The notes under the pieces are model-generated. The model saw only the letters and a program-made list of their open reading frames with translations. It made no database searches and was not told where the DNA came from. A stretch of DNA of 64,000 nt from Chiloscyllium plagiosum (Eukaryota), in contig NC_057750.1 of the NCBI RefSeq assembly GCF_004010195.1, forward strand, positions 16,198,550 to 16,262,549, written 5' to 3'. Numbering within the stretch: the first letter of the stretch is position 1; each line of letters begins with the position of its first letter. This document shows positions 25,691 through 37,550 of the stretch, in pieces. The position numbers and the translations under genes were made by a program.

Positions 25691-27760
25691 TTAAAAAATC
25701 TCCATCCAAAGGATGGAATCTCCAACAGTCACACATTTCCTTGGTTCTGCTTTGCATTGGCGTGACAGCCTTGATTTTTGTGTTCAAATCCCATTGTAGA
25801 GTTTGAACCCACTATCTTCTGGCTTGGAAGTGAGAATGCTTCTAACTGATTTACAGATTACCCAGTGAGATAGCTCTCCCATTATACTTCTCCTCTTCCT
25901 GTGTCATTGGTTTGTATTTGTGTGTGAAATTCTCACATTAACAATTACTTGAACAAAGTGCAAATGTAGCCACTGCTACCCTAATGACTGTGGACACCAT
26001 AAATTGATGCTTTTAGGAATGGAGGAACTGTTGATGGAATCATCAAACAATTACAGCACAGAATGGGGCCATTTGACCTATCATGCCTATGCTGACTCTC
26101 TACAAGAGCGACTAACCCACCTCTGTTCCCCCACCTTTTCCCCAAGAGTCCTGCAAGTGTTCCCAGTTGATATTGGTCTTGGAAGACGTGACTTTGGAGC
26201 TTAACGAAGACCTGAAGGCGCAAGCATTTCTATTAAATAGACCTTTTACAAATTGTCAGGAGCAAAGAGACTTCCTTATCCGAGGGCAAAGTATAGAATA
26301 TTTCAAGTGAATTTCAGAGTCTGATAACTGTGCTTTCTCCAACACTACTATTGTGCTGACACAATATATTCTTGATAAACAGCCAGGTATGTTATAATCT
26401 CAACCTTGATTCTAGGACTTGTGTACATTTTACTTCCTGCCATCACCAACCCCATGCTCAGCCCATCCCATGGATATGGAATCTAATTGTAATAATTCCG
26501 TGGAATGCTAACTGTGTAACTGATAATTGAACTTGAGACCTTGCTGGTCTCTTATCTCAGTTTCCTGAAACTGGGAAGAATCTATTTAGATGTTCATCTT
26601 CACTTTGTTCCAGGAAGTGTAACAAATGGAGCTTGATGGGAAGGATGCTTTTATCTGAGAAACCTCATAAAAGCAAGTTAATTACAGGATTCATTAATCC
26701 GCGAGGAAAAATGAAGAACATACACAATTACAGTAGGGGACAGGAAGTCAAACCAAATCAGTTTTCCCTATACCTGGCCTTGCAGCATGGTAAAATTAAA
26801 ACATTGAATGACTATCAAAATCGCTCAGTTTTTCTAAACCATACTTTAAGAATAATTAATATCAGACCAAAGTTATGGCTTAAATTGAAATTTATTAATA
26901 TAACTTTAGCAGAACTTGGAAAAACAACAAGGCAATTTACTTAATATCTGTTATCTAAGTGTAATCTTAAACCAGAAACCCCACTCTCTGACTGATTAGA
27001 CAGATGGAAACAGTGGAGGGACACATTAAAAGCAGAAAAAGAATTGCACCTTGTCAGTTCAACAATTCAGACTTGCTTGAATTCCAAAGTCACCAATTCA
27101 TGCAAACAGGTCCAGTAGCCTTCCAGGATTATTCATCCACTTCTTACAGTGGAGTATTTTCTCATCTGAGCAACCAACAGCCTGCAGCTACAGTGAAAAC
27201 CAAACAGAGAGAGAGAAAAGCACATATGGCTTCAAAACCCCAGTGAGAATGTGTTTGCTTTCTTTTCATTTTTTTAACCAACATTCTTCTGATTGGCTGG
27301 TCAGCACCAGTCTGCCCTGGAATTATCAATTCAGCATCCAACCAACTGCCAGTCCTGATCCTAGAACACCATGGTCCCAAAATGTCTGTAGTTTTTTTAG
27401 GACAGTAATTAATGTACAACTGTCTTTCCCGTTTTCATAAGCAAACACCAGTTTGTTTGCTGTCTCCTTCTTTCCAAAGGAAGCAGCAACTCAAAGTTAA
27501 AAGTTTGATTCTCAACCTCCACTCGTAGTTCCAAATTAAAAATGACAAAAACAAAGAAAGTGTTCTCAACAATAACAGTGTAATGAAGATATGATTCTTC
27601 TGTATTTTTCTTAATCATTGTGTGATTATAAGCAAAACTATAAACCCGTCCTAAGGGATTTGCAGAGAATAGGTATGGTGACGCTGGGGATATTATCATT
27701 GTGTGATGTTCTGTGACATTCATGTTTTGCTGGAACAGAGACTGTCTTTCTGCACAGGGA

Positions 27761-28045
27761 ACCTGACTATAGCCTGTTGATTGGAGGAAGTTGTGGGGTA
27801 GGGGGAAGTTTGGGGGCGGAGCTGATGCAGTTTCATTATAAAACGGGTTGGGGAAAATAAATGAGAAGCTATCTATCACTATCTAGTGACTCGTGAGGAA
27901 TGACCTGACTATAGCCTGTTGATTGGAGGAAGTTGTGGGGTAGGGGGAAGTTTGGGGGCGGAGCTGATGCAGTTTCATTATAGAACGGGTTGGGGAAAAA
28001 AAAATGAGAAGCTATCTATCACTATCTAGTGACTCGTGAGGAATG
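27761..28045 (+). repeat. Tandem duplication, 142-bp unit x2
   Basis: 27761-27902 and 27903-28045 are near-identical; differences only at tataaaa/tatagaa and in the A-run. Confidence 0.95.
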
Positions 28046-28125
28046 TCGAGTTTTGTACTTAGTTCCTCTCTTTGGTGTTAATCTTTAAATCGTGTGTGAG
28101 CAGTTCACGTTTTGAAGTTAACATA

Positions 28126-28446
28126 CAGGTACACAATCCTTTATCCAAAATCTTTGGGCTAGTTTTTTCAGAATTTTTCAGATTTTGGAATAAATGACAT
28201 TTTCACAGTGAAAGAAATAAGTTACTTAACAGATGCAGATGTGAATAGTATGAGTGCTGAGACACAATTGACACCTGCTAGTGCTGGGCCATGCACCATG
28301 TCACATCTGAGTGACATGGTTCAAGTGGGTGTGGAGTTGGGTCACCTGGTTGCACGTCAAAATGACACCCCACACTCCACGGGAAGAAATTTCAGATTTT
28401 GGAGCTTTTTGGATTTCAGAATTTTGGATAAAGGATTGTGTACCTG
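28126..28446. mobile_element. Tc1/mariner-type MITE (321 bp)
   Basis: Perfect 26-bp TIR CAGGTACACAATCCTTTATCCAAAAT / ATTTTGGATAAAGGATTGTGTACCTG, TA on both sides. Confidence 0.93.
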
Positions 28447-28699
28447 TAGAATCTTTTAAATTGATGAGTGTGATGTTATGATTGGGAAACCCAGTTCATT
28501 GTCAGTTGTTTATTTAGAATTTTACCATGACAATAATGATGCAGAACCATTCATGTTTATATTTTGCTATATACAAATCTTCACCCTTCTGATAATTACT
28601 TAGGCAGCTACATTGCTGATGCATAATCTGCACATTATCCACCTCTGATAAGAACTAGAGCTCTCGCTCCTGGCGAACAAGCACAGCAGTCACTTGACA

Positions 28700-31290
28700 C
28701 TATAGAAAAGGATTGAGTCTTTTACAAGTAACTTAGAAATAACTAAAGCTGCCATCACCATCCTTGGATATGCCCTATCCCACTGGTAGGATAGACCCTG
28801 CAGGAGTGACAATACAGTGGTACACAGCTGGAAGTCCTCAACATTAACTCTGTATCCCAAGAAGTCTCATGGCTTCAGGTTAAATATTGGCAAGGAAAGC
28901 TCTTGCTGTTTACTGTGTACCATCCTCCCTTAGCTAATGAGTTAGAGCTCCTCCATATTGAAAATTTGGCAGAAGCACTGAGGGTGGCATGGGTGCAAAA
29001 AGTACTCTAGGGGATTTCAATGTCCACCAACAAGAGTGGCTAAGCAGCAACACTACTGATCAAACTGGTTGGGTCCTAGAAGATGTAGATGCGTGACCAA
29101 AAGTATAGTTTAGCTCGCCACTCTGCTGACTGCAGATGCACCTGTTGATGACATTATTTTTAGTGACTACTGCACAGTCCTTGTGGAAATGAAGTCCTGC
29201 CTTCCTGTTTTGTGGCACTATCACTGTGCAAAATGTGACAGATTAAGAACAGGTCTGGCAACTCAATACTGGGAATCCATGAGGCACTGAGCAAACAACA
29301 TTAGAATTTAACTCCACAATCAACAATCTGTGGCCTGGCATATCCCCCAGTCGGCCATCATTGTCAAGCCAGGGGATCAGCCTTGGTTCAATGGAGAGTG
29401 CAGGAAGGCATGCCAGGAACAACACCAGGCACATATAAAAATGAGGTGCCAACCTGGTTAAGCTACCAAATAGGATTACTTGCATGCCAAACAGCATAAG
29501 CAACAAGTGATCAAGCTAAGCAATCCCATAACCAATGGATCAGATCTAAGCTTTGCAGTCTTGTCGCATCTAATTGAGAGTGATAGTGGACAACTAAATC
29601 CACTGGTGGAGGAAACTCCACAAATATCCCTTCCTCAATATGATTGAAGAGCTCAACACACCAGTGCAAAAGATAAGGCTGAAATATTTGCAACAATCTC
29701 CAACTAAAATCTTGACCATCTCTGGCTCCTCCAGTGGTTCCCCAGCATCATATATATACCAGTTTTCAGCCAATTCAATTCACTCCACATATCAAAAACC
29801 GGTTGGAGGTACTGGATACTGCAAAAACTTATGGACTTTGACAACATTCCAGCAATAGCACTGAACGCTTGTGCTCCAGAATTTGTTGATCCTCCGAGCC
29901 AAGCTGTTCCAGTACATTTACAACACTGGAATCTACCTAACAATGTGGCAAATTAACCAGATATGTCCTATATAAAAAAGGGTTAATCCAATCAGGACAG
30001 TTAACACCCCGTCTGTCTATTCTCGATCATCAGTAAACTGATGGCAAGTGTCATCAACAGTGCAATCAAGCAGAACCTACTCAGCAATAACCTGCTCAGT
30101 GACGCCCAGCTTGGGTTCTGTCAGAGCCACTCAGCTCCTGACCTCATTACAGCCTTGGTTCAAACATGGACAGAAGAGCTGAATTCCAGAGGTGAAATGA
30201 GAGGGACAGCCCTTGGCATCAAGGCTAAATTTGACCAAGTATGGCATGGAGGAGTCCTAGCAAAACAGGAATCAATGAGTATCTAGAAAGGGCAAACTCT
30301 CTACTGGTAGGAGTCATACATACCTGGCACAATAGGAAGATGGTTTTTGGTGATCAGAAATCTCAAGTCCAGGACATCTCTGCAGGGCTGCTTCAGGGTA
30401 ATATCAGAAACCTAGCTATCTTCAATTGCTTCATCAATGACCTTCCCTCCATCATAAGGTTACAAGTAGGGATGTTCACCAGTGATTGCACAATGTTCAG
30501 TTCCATTCGCAACTCTTCAGATACCGAAGCAGTCCATGTTTAAATGCAATAAGATCTATACAATGTTCACCCTTTGACAAGTGACAAGTAAAATTATACC
30601 ACACAAATGACAGGTAGTGGTCATCTCCAGTTTTTTTAAAAAAGTCTAACGTTGCACTTGACATTCAATGCTGTTGCCATCACTGAATGCCCCACATCAG
30701 TATCCTTGGGGTTACCGTTGACCAGACACTCATCTGGACTTGCCACATAAACCCAGGAGCTAAAGAGCTGGTCAGAGGCTAGGAATACTACGGCAGCTAA
30801 ATCTCTTCTTGAATTCCTCATCTAAAAGGCCCAAGTCAGGAGTATGAAGGAATACTGCAGCATCTACATCAATCAAGGAGCTTGAAACCATCCAGGAGAA
30901 AGTAGCTTACTTGATTGGCACCATGTGCACAAGCATCCACACACTCTCCACCACCAATGCTCAGTAGTAGCAGAGTCTACTTTCTACACGATATTCACCA
31001 AATATCCTTAGACAGTAACTTCAAAACCCATCACCACTTCTGTCTTGAAGAATAAGGGAAGCAGATATATGGGAACACCACTACCTTCAGGTTCCCCTCC
31101 AACCATCTTACCATCTTGACTTGGAAATATATTGCAGTTCGTCCAGTGTCATTGCATCAATATCCTGGAATTCCCTCTAACAGCATTGTGGGTCAACCTA
31201 CGGTTCATGGACTGCAGTGGTTCAAGAAGACAGCACCTTTTCAAGGGTAGTCAGGGACAGGCAATAAATGCTGTCCAGTCAGCGAATTCT
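28700..31290 (+). mobile_element. Degenerate LINE of a second family (CR1/L2-group; APE endonuclease + RT remnants)
   Basis: GDFNVH endonuclease motif at about 29010; LLSDAQLGF..SAPDLITALVQTW..IKAKFDQVWH; FNCFINDLP..MFTSDCT; tail gggcaataaatgct. Confidence 0.82.
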
Positions 31291-32847
31291 TTAAACAAAA
31301 CTCCTCTCTCAGGTCAGTGACATTTGCTCATTGTAAAATTATAGTGCCATGGTTGATGAATGCAGCCAAGTGGTGGTTGTTCATGTACGGGCCTTGGTAT
31401 GGTAGTTAATGACAGAATTGCTTCCTTGACAGCCAAATCAGTCTCTTTGTGCTCCCCATGCAGAGTTCCAGTAGGTGTCACAAGATAAAAGCAGGCAGGG
31501 TAAATCTGGAATGTTTTCTTCTTACCCACCTTGATCTTTTTTTAAAAAGATTTTATTTCAAAATACTCATCAAAAGTATCCTATATAGATTGTCACAAAT
31601 GCAGTTTGGTTCTGTAAAGTAAGATATCAAAGAAACAAAAACATTGGCATTTGACTTGATCCAACAAACCAAAGACATCTTTTACCTCAAATACACAAAA
31701 ATATAGTCTGTGTATCAGGAGGGTCTGATGAGTTTATCCAATTTGGCACTGGACAGGAAATTTAAACTACTTTTTAAAAGGTCCGGGTGGTCTCTTGCTG
31801 AAAAACTCAGTTGAGTCCCTATGACTGAACTGTTTTGCAAAATTGCCAGTTTGTTTTGATTAACACGTTTCTTCTTGTAGAAAAGCACAAGTGTTTGGCA
31901 GCATTATCAGAAAAGCTGTGCAGTAATTATTTTTGCCACTTAGACACATGTTTGTATTTGTTACTTTGCACTAAAAATGTGTCACATAAATATTGCTTTC
32001 CCATAAAACTGCTGAGCCAATTAATCTCCGCAGTGAGAGGTGACACAGATACCTCCAATACTGACGTTGTTGCCATTTTACAATCCTCCTTTTTCCTCCC
32101 CTTCTGAAGGTGCTGATTCGTATTGAGGGAGCTATTCTGCAACACCAACAGCCAGATATCCTGCCTAAGTGACGGCTGTTCCTGCATAAGCCTAGACAGC
32201 CAAGTACTGGCATGTGGTTCTAATGTTTGACAACATGGCAGATGAGCCAGATCTAGGCCAGATGTAGTCACAATCTGCACAGAATGGTCCCAAAGTTGCT
32301 CTCCTGTATATGTGCACACTTCAGTAGTCAAATTGATTTTTGTCTCTTTCCCTTACTCAATCTCTCTTGTCCCCCCCACCTGCCCGCAGTCTTACAATGC
32401 TAGTTTTGAGAGGGTGGGGTTGGAGGGTGCTGGCAGGTGGGGGAGTTGGCTGCCTTTACCCAATGGCAAGGCATAAAACTTCCACTTCTTGAAAACTAAA
32501 ATCCAGTTTTGAGCAAATTAATGTGAAATAATAAAGAATGAATAATGATTATGACAAGAAGTCCAGCCACTGCTGGTAACTGACACTTTTTTTTAATGGT
32601 ACCAGTACGACCAAGGCTGCAAAATTAGAATACAAGATATAATTGTTCCAAAACAAAACTCATGGGTCCTGTTTTTGCATGAAGATGAAGCTGAATTTCA
32701 TTTTCAATTATGCATATTGAGTTATAGTATTCTTAACTGTCCAAAATGATTCCTCATTCTAACTTACCTTGTGTTTTAAAGCTTTCCATGGTTAATTATT
32801 AATGCACATTTTTATCCTTTTCTCCCTTCTCTCCATTTTTTTTACAG

Positions 32848-32879
32848 GTAGTAATTCAGTAGATGAAGCTGGAAACAAG
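32848..32879 (+). CDS. Isolated 32-nt internal exon of an unidentified large host gene (probable peptide xSNSVDEAGNK)
   Basis: Long polypyrimidine tract ending tttttttacag|; donor AAG|gtaaga; only the phase-1 reading is stop-free; lies in non-repetitive DNA. Confidence 0.7.
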
Positions 32880-33567
32880 GTAAGAAATCTTTGATTTTGC
32901 TTGCTAGCAGTGAGTGTTTGTTCACGGAGTGCAGGTACTTGTAGTCATCCAAACGTTTAGAAGAATTTTATGGCAAAACAGCTGAGAACTTAGAACAGCA
33001 TGAGAAAGGTGTTTTCACTTCTCAGGAGTCAGGCTGCAATCACCAGGATATTATGAGAAGTAGTTACTTTTTTTTCTTCAGTCTTTTCTTTAACCTCTCC
33101 TTCAGGCTTTTTCTTTCGTGGAATCTCTCATCTTAGCTGGTGCTTAGACAAACGGACACTCTGTTCTAACTCCAGTCTTCTCTGTGCTCAGCTGTAGGCT
33201 GGATTGATTTTCTTCCTGATCTAAAGCCTCTGATTTGCAAAGTAAATGTTTCTTTCTCAACTGAGTTGTCATTCTTCCCTTTTTAGTATGAAGCTTTTGG
33301 TATTCCGACCTAAGTATTGATTTATCACAATGGCTGTGAAGAAAGTTTGTGAAATAGACCTATATTTCCTAGGTCTATGTACTATACCCGTTGCTTAGCA
33401 ATGAGATTTCTTTTATAAAATCTAGAGGGCTTCCTGTTCAGATGCTGATGAACTCTGGTTGCAGAGTCCACAACTAGGAGGCATGGTCTCAGGATTTCCC
33501 ATTTAGAGCTACGGTGAGGAGAAATTCTTTCTTCAGACTGACCTACATTAAATGAATGAGTGCTTAG

Positions 33568-34145
33568 TCATAGAATATAGCACAGTACAGGCCCTTTGGC
33601 CCTCAAAGTTGTGCCGACCTTTTATCCTACTCTAAGATCAAATTAATGTACGTACCCTAAATTTTATTATCAACCATGTGCCTATCCAAGAGTCACTTAA
33701 ATGTCCTTATGTATCTTGACTCTACCACCACTGCTGGCAGCGTATTCCACACACTCACCATTTTCTGTGTAAAGAACCTACCTCTGACACGTCCCCTAAA
33801 CGTTCCTCCCCCTAGTGATAGCCATTTCCGCCCTGGGAAAAAAGTCTCTGTCATCATCTTGTACACATCTATCGAGTCACCTCTCACCATCCTTCGCTTC
33901 ATTGAGAAAAGCCCTCGTTCCCTCAACCTTTCTTTGTAAGACATATCCTCTAGTCATCCTTGTAAATCTTCTCTTTACCCTCTAAAGCTTCCACATCCTT
34001 CCTATAATGAGGCAACCAGAACTGAACACAGTATTCCAAGTGTGCTGTAACCAGGGCTTTATAGAGCTGTAGCATAACCTTGTGGCTGTTAAACTCAATC
34101 CCTCTGTTAATGAAAGCCCACATACCATATGCCTTCTTAACGATT
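33568..34145 (-). mobile_element. CR1 3' fragment
   Basis: MSYKERLRERGLFSMKRRMVRGD..FFTQKMVSVWNTLP. Confidence 0.85.
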
Positions 34146-34629
34146 ATTTGAACTTATTCAGGATTGAGAATAATGTATTTTTGGAATAGAGATATAGAAG
34201 GAAAGTTCAGATAAAAGATTAACCATGCTCTCACTGTTGGATTGAGCAGGCTCAAAGATTGGATTTCCAAGTCCTTTCTTTTATTCTTCATTCCGAGGCT
34301 ACTACTGTCTCCTGATATTGGTTTTGAATTACTCATTGGGACAGTATAGTCTACTACTTTAATGAAAAATGAAAGAAATGAGCTGAAACATATTTTTCAT
34401 GTATATTAGAGAAGCTTTACAGAGAGTTGAGGGCGTGAGAGCAAGATTTTGAACGAGGGAAACTCTCAGTCTCAGCATATGAGAAATATCATTTAAGACT
34501 GAGGTGAGGAGCAAGTCTTCCTTGACACCATCCAGGGCACAGCAGCTAACTTGATTGGTTGTGGAAGGAGTAAATGTTTATGCAGTAGTAGCAGTGTATG
34601 GAATGCACTGCAGATTATAGAATTGCCAC

Positions 34630-35420
34630 TGTGTGGAAGCAGGCTATTTCACACCAACCCTCCAAAGAGCATCCCACCCAGATCCACCCTACTCTATCCC
34701 CATAAGCCTGCATTTCTCACGGCTAACCCATTTAGCCTGCACATCTTTGGACTGTGGGAGAAAACTGTTGTGGAGCAGGCCAGACCCCTCAAAGTATTTC
34801 AAAAATAGCCCGGACCCTAACTTTCTAGTTGTTTTAAGCAGGTTTAAGTAGATATTAATTTTAAGCAAAATAGAATTTATTTGCAAGATTACAGAATGAA
34901 ACACAAACCAAAGAGAACAAAATATAGAATAACTTAACCTATCCGAAAACCCAGCTGATTATCCCAACTCCTGCAACAATTCCCATAAACATCCTTGGTA
35001 AATATCAAACATAGGGTCTTACAAGAGAGCTGACTGAGATTCAGAAGGGAACACCTTCCATGCAACCGTTTGTTTGGCTAGCAGCCTCAAAACGATTGCT
35101 TTCTCTGAACAGCCAGAGTGCTAAAACCAAACCAGAGAAAGCTGAGCTGGGAGAACTGGCCACTCCCCTTTCATTGTACAACTGTTTTTGTAATAAACCT
35201 TGAAAGTCTTTTGCCTGAGGCACTATCTGTTAGCTATATCGAAATGACCCTAAAGCCCATCGAAGCCCAGTCTTTGGGAGCCTGAGTCTTTACGACCTCC
35301 TGGAGAAAATAAATCAAGGACAACCTGACCTTGTTAAAGGAGCAACATCATCACAGAAACCATAGCACCAGGAGGAAACCCATGCAGATGCAAGAAGAAT
35401 GTGCAAACTCCGCCCGCAGT
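34630..35420 (-). mobile_element. HE1-type SINE split by a solo LTR
   Basis: cacatctttggactgtgggagaaaac | LTR | gaaaccatagcaccaggaggaaaccc; the V-domain continues across the insertion. Confidence 0.75.
34766..35355 (-). mobile_element. Solo LTR (590 bp)
   Basis: TGTTGTG...CATCACA termini; 5-bp flanks AAAAC/GAAAC; AATAAA on - strand near 34878; removal restores the SINE. Confidence 0.8.
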
Positions 35421-35769
35421 CACCTGAACCACCTTGCTGCCCAGATCTGCTTTCTAAGAATCTGTGGACCATGTCCTGAATTGCCATTTGCTAACTTATT
35501 TGCATTTAAATGAACCTTCACAGCGTTCTGTCCCCCTCTCCTGAGCAAAATTGCCTCAAAAAGAGTTAACAACTCTGTCAAACGGCTGTCGGTGGTGAGA
35601 CAGCACAGGGGGTGTGAGAGAGCCCAGCGCAGAAAGCTGATTGAGGTCACATGGGGAAAGCCCAGCATGGAGCGACTGCAGGCCCAGGGCTAGAGAATGA
35701 CTGTAATGTTGAACTTTTAGCTGCTTTTACTTTGTCTAAGATTTTGTATCTTTGTATCCGAGATGGACA

Positions 35770-37550
35770 ATCACCAAGTCTCTCTAGACAGCAGCTTCTA
35801 AACCTATAACCACTTCCATCTTAAAGGCCAAAGGTAGCAGATATGTGGTAACACCACCATCCCCAAGTTTCCCTCCAAGCCAACACCATTATGATTTGGA
35901 AATATATTGCTGTCCCTTCAGTATTCCTGTGTCAAAACCCTGGAATTCTATCCCTTTAGTATAGTATTGTAGATGTACCTACATCACAAAAAGGCAGATC
36001 ACTACCACCTTCTCAAGGGCATAGAGCCCTAGAGATGTACAGCATGGAAACAAACCCTTCAGTCCAACTCCTTAATGCTGACCAGATAGCCTGAATTAAT
36101 TTAGTCCCATTTGTCAGTGTTTGGCCCATATCCCTCCTAACTCTTCCTATTCATATGTCCATCCAGAAGCCTTTTGAATGTTGTAATTGTACCAACCTCC
36201 ACCACTTCCTCTGGCAGCTTGTTCCATAACCACATTACCCTCTGCATGAGAAAGTTGCCCCTTAGTTCCTTTTAAATCTTTCCCTTTCTCCTTTAAACCT
36301 ATGCCCTCTAGTTTTGAACTTCCCCAACCTTGGGAAAAAGTCTTGCCTATTTAGCCTATCCATGCCCCTCATCATTTTACATATCTCTATCAGGTCACTC
36401 CACAGCCTTCGACGCTCCAGGGAAAGTAGCCCCAACCTATTCAGCCTCTCCCTATGGCTCAAATTTGCCAACTTTGGCAACATATTTGTCGATCTTTTCT
36501 GAACGTTTTTTCATGTTTCACAACATCTTTCGTATATCAGGGAGAGCAGAATTGCAAGCAGTATTCCAAAAGTGGCAGAACCAAGGTCCTGTTGAGCCGC
36601 AACGTAACCTCCCAACTTCTACACTCAGTGCACCAACCAATAAAGGCAAGCATACCAAATACTGCTTTCACTACCCTGTCTACCTGCAAATCTATTTTAA
36701 AGGAACTGAATCCAAGGTCTTTATGTTCAGTAACACTTGCCAGGACCTTGCCATTGAGTGCATAAGTCCTGCCTTGATTTGCTTTTCAAAATGCAGCACC
36801 TCACATTTATCTAAATTAAACTCCAGCTATCACTCCTCAACCCATCTGATCAAGGTCCAATTGTACTCTGAGGTAACCTTCTTTGCTGTCCACGACACCA
36901 ATTTTGGTGTCATCTGTAACCTTAACTAACCATACCTCCTATGACCACATCCAAATTATTTATAAATGACAAAACAGTAGACCCAGTGCTGATCCTTGTG
37001 GCACACTACTGGTCACAGTCCTCCAGTCTGAAACGCAACCCTCTACCACTACTTTCTGTCTCCCACCTTCGAGCCAGTTTTGTATCCAAATGGCTAGTTC
37101 TCCCTGTATTCCTCGTGATCTAACCTTATTAACCAGTCTACCATGTGGAACCTTGTCGAACACTTTACTGAAGTCCAGACAGATCATGTCCACTGCCATG
37201 CCTTCATCAGTCCTCTTTGTTACTACTTCAAAAAACTCAATCAGGTTAGTGAGACATGATTTCCCACGCGCACAGCCATTTAACTGTCCCTAACTGTCCT
37301 TCCCTTTCCAAATGCATGTAAATCCTGTCTCTCAGGGATCCCTCCAACAACTTGGCAGAGTCATTTGGCTGTAGTCCCCTCGCTTTTCCTTACCACCACC
37401 TTAAATAGTGGCACCATGTTTGCTAATCTGCAATCTTCTGGCACTTCACCTGTGACTGTCAATGATATACAAATATCTCAGCATCTAGGGTTGGGCAATA
37501 AATGCAGGCCCAGTCAGTGAAGCCCACATTCCATGAATAAATATTGAATA
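35770..37550 (+). mobile_element. 3' end of the second LINE family, split by a CR1 insertion
   Basis: 35770-36020 matches 31010-31250; the tail resumes at about 37485 (tagggttgggcaataaatgc). Confidence 0.7.
36021..37483 (-). mobile_element. 5'-truncated CR1 LINE
   Basis: CLDFSKVFDKVPHGRLVNKVRS..SSVPQGSALG; ERLNRLGLLSLERRRL; tail at about 36021-36040. Confidence 0.9.

Noticed and set aside
26618..27577. LTR-like stretch (TGTAAC...ATAACA)
   Set aside because: No matching TSD for any candidate end; boundaries unsupported.
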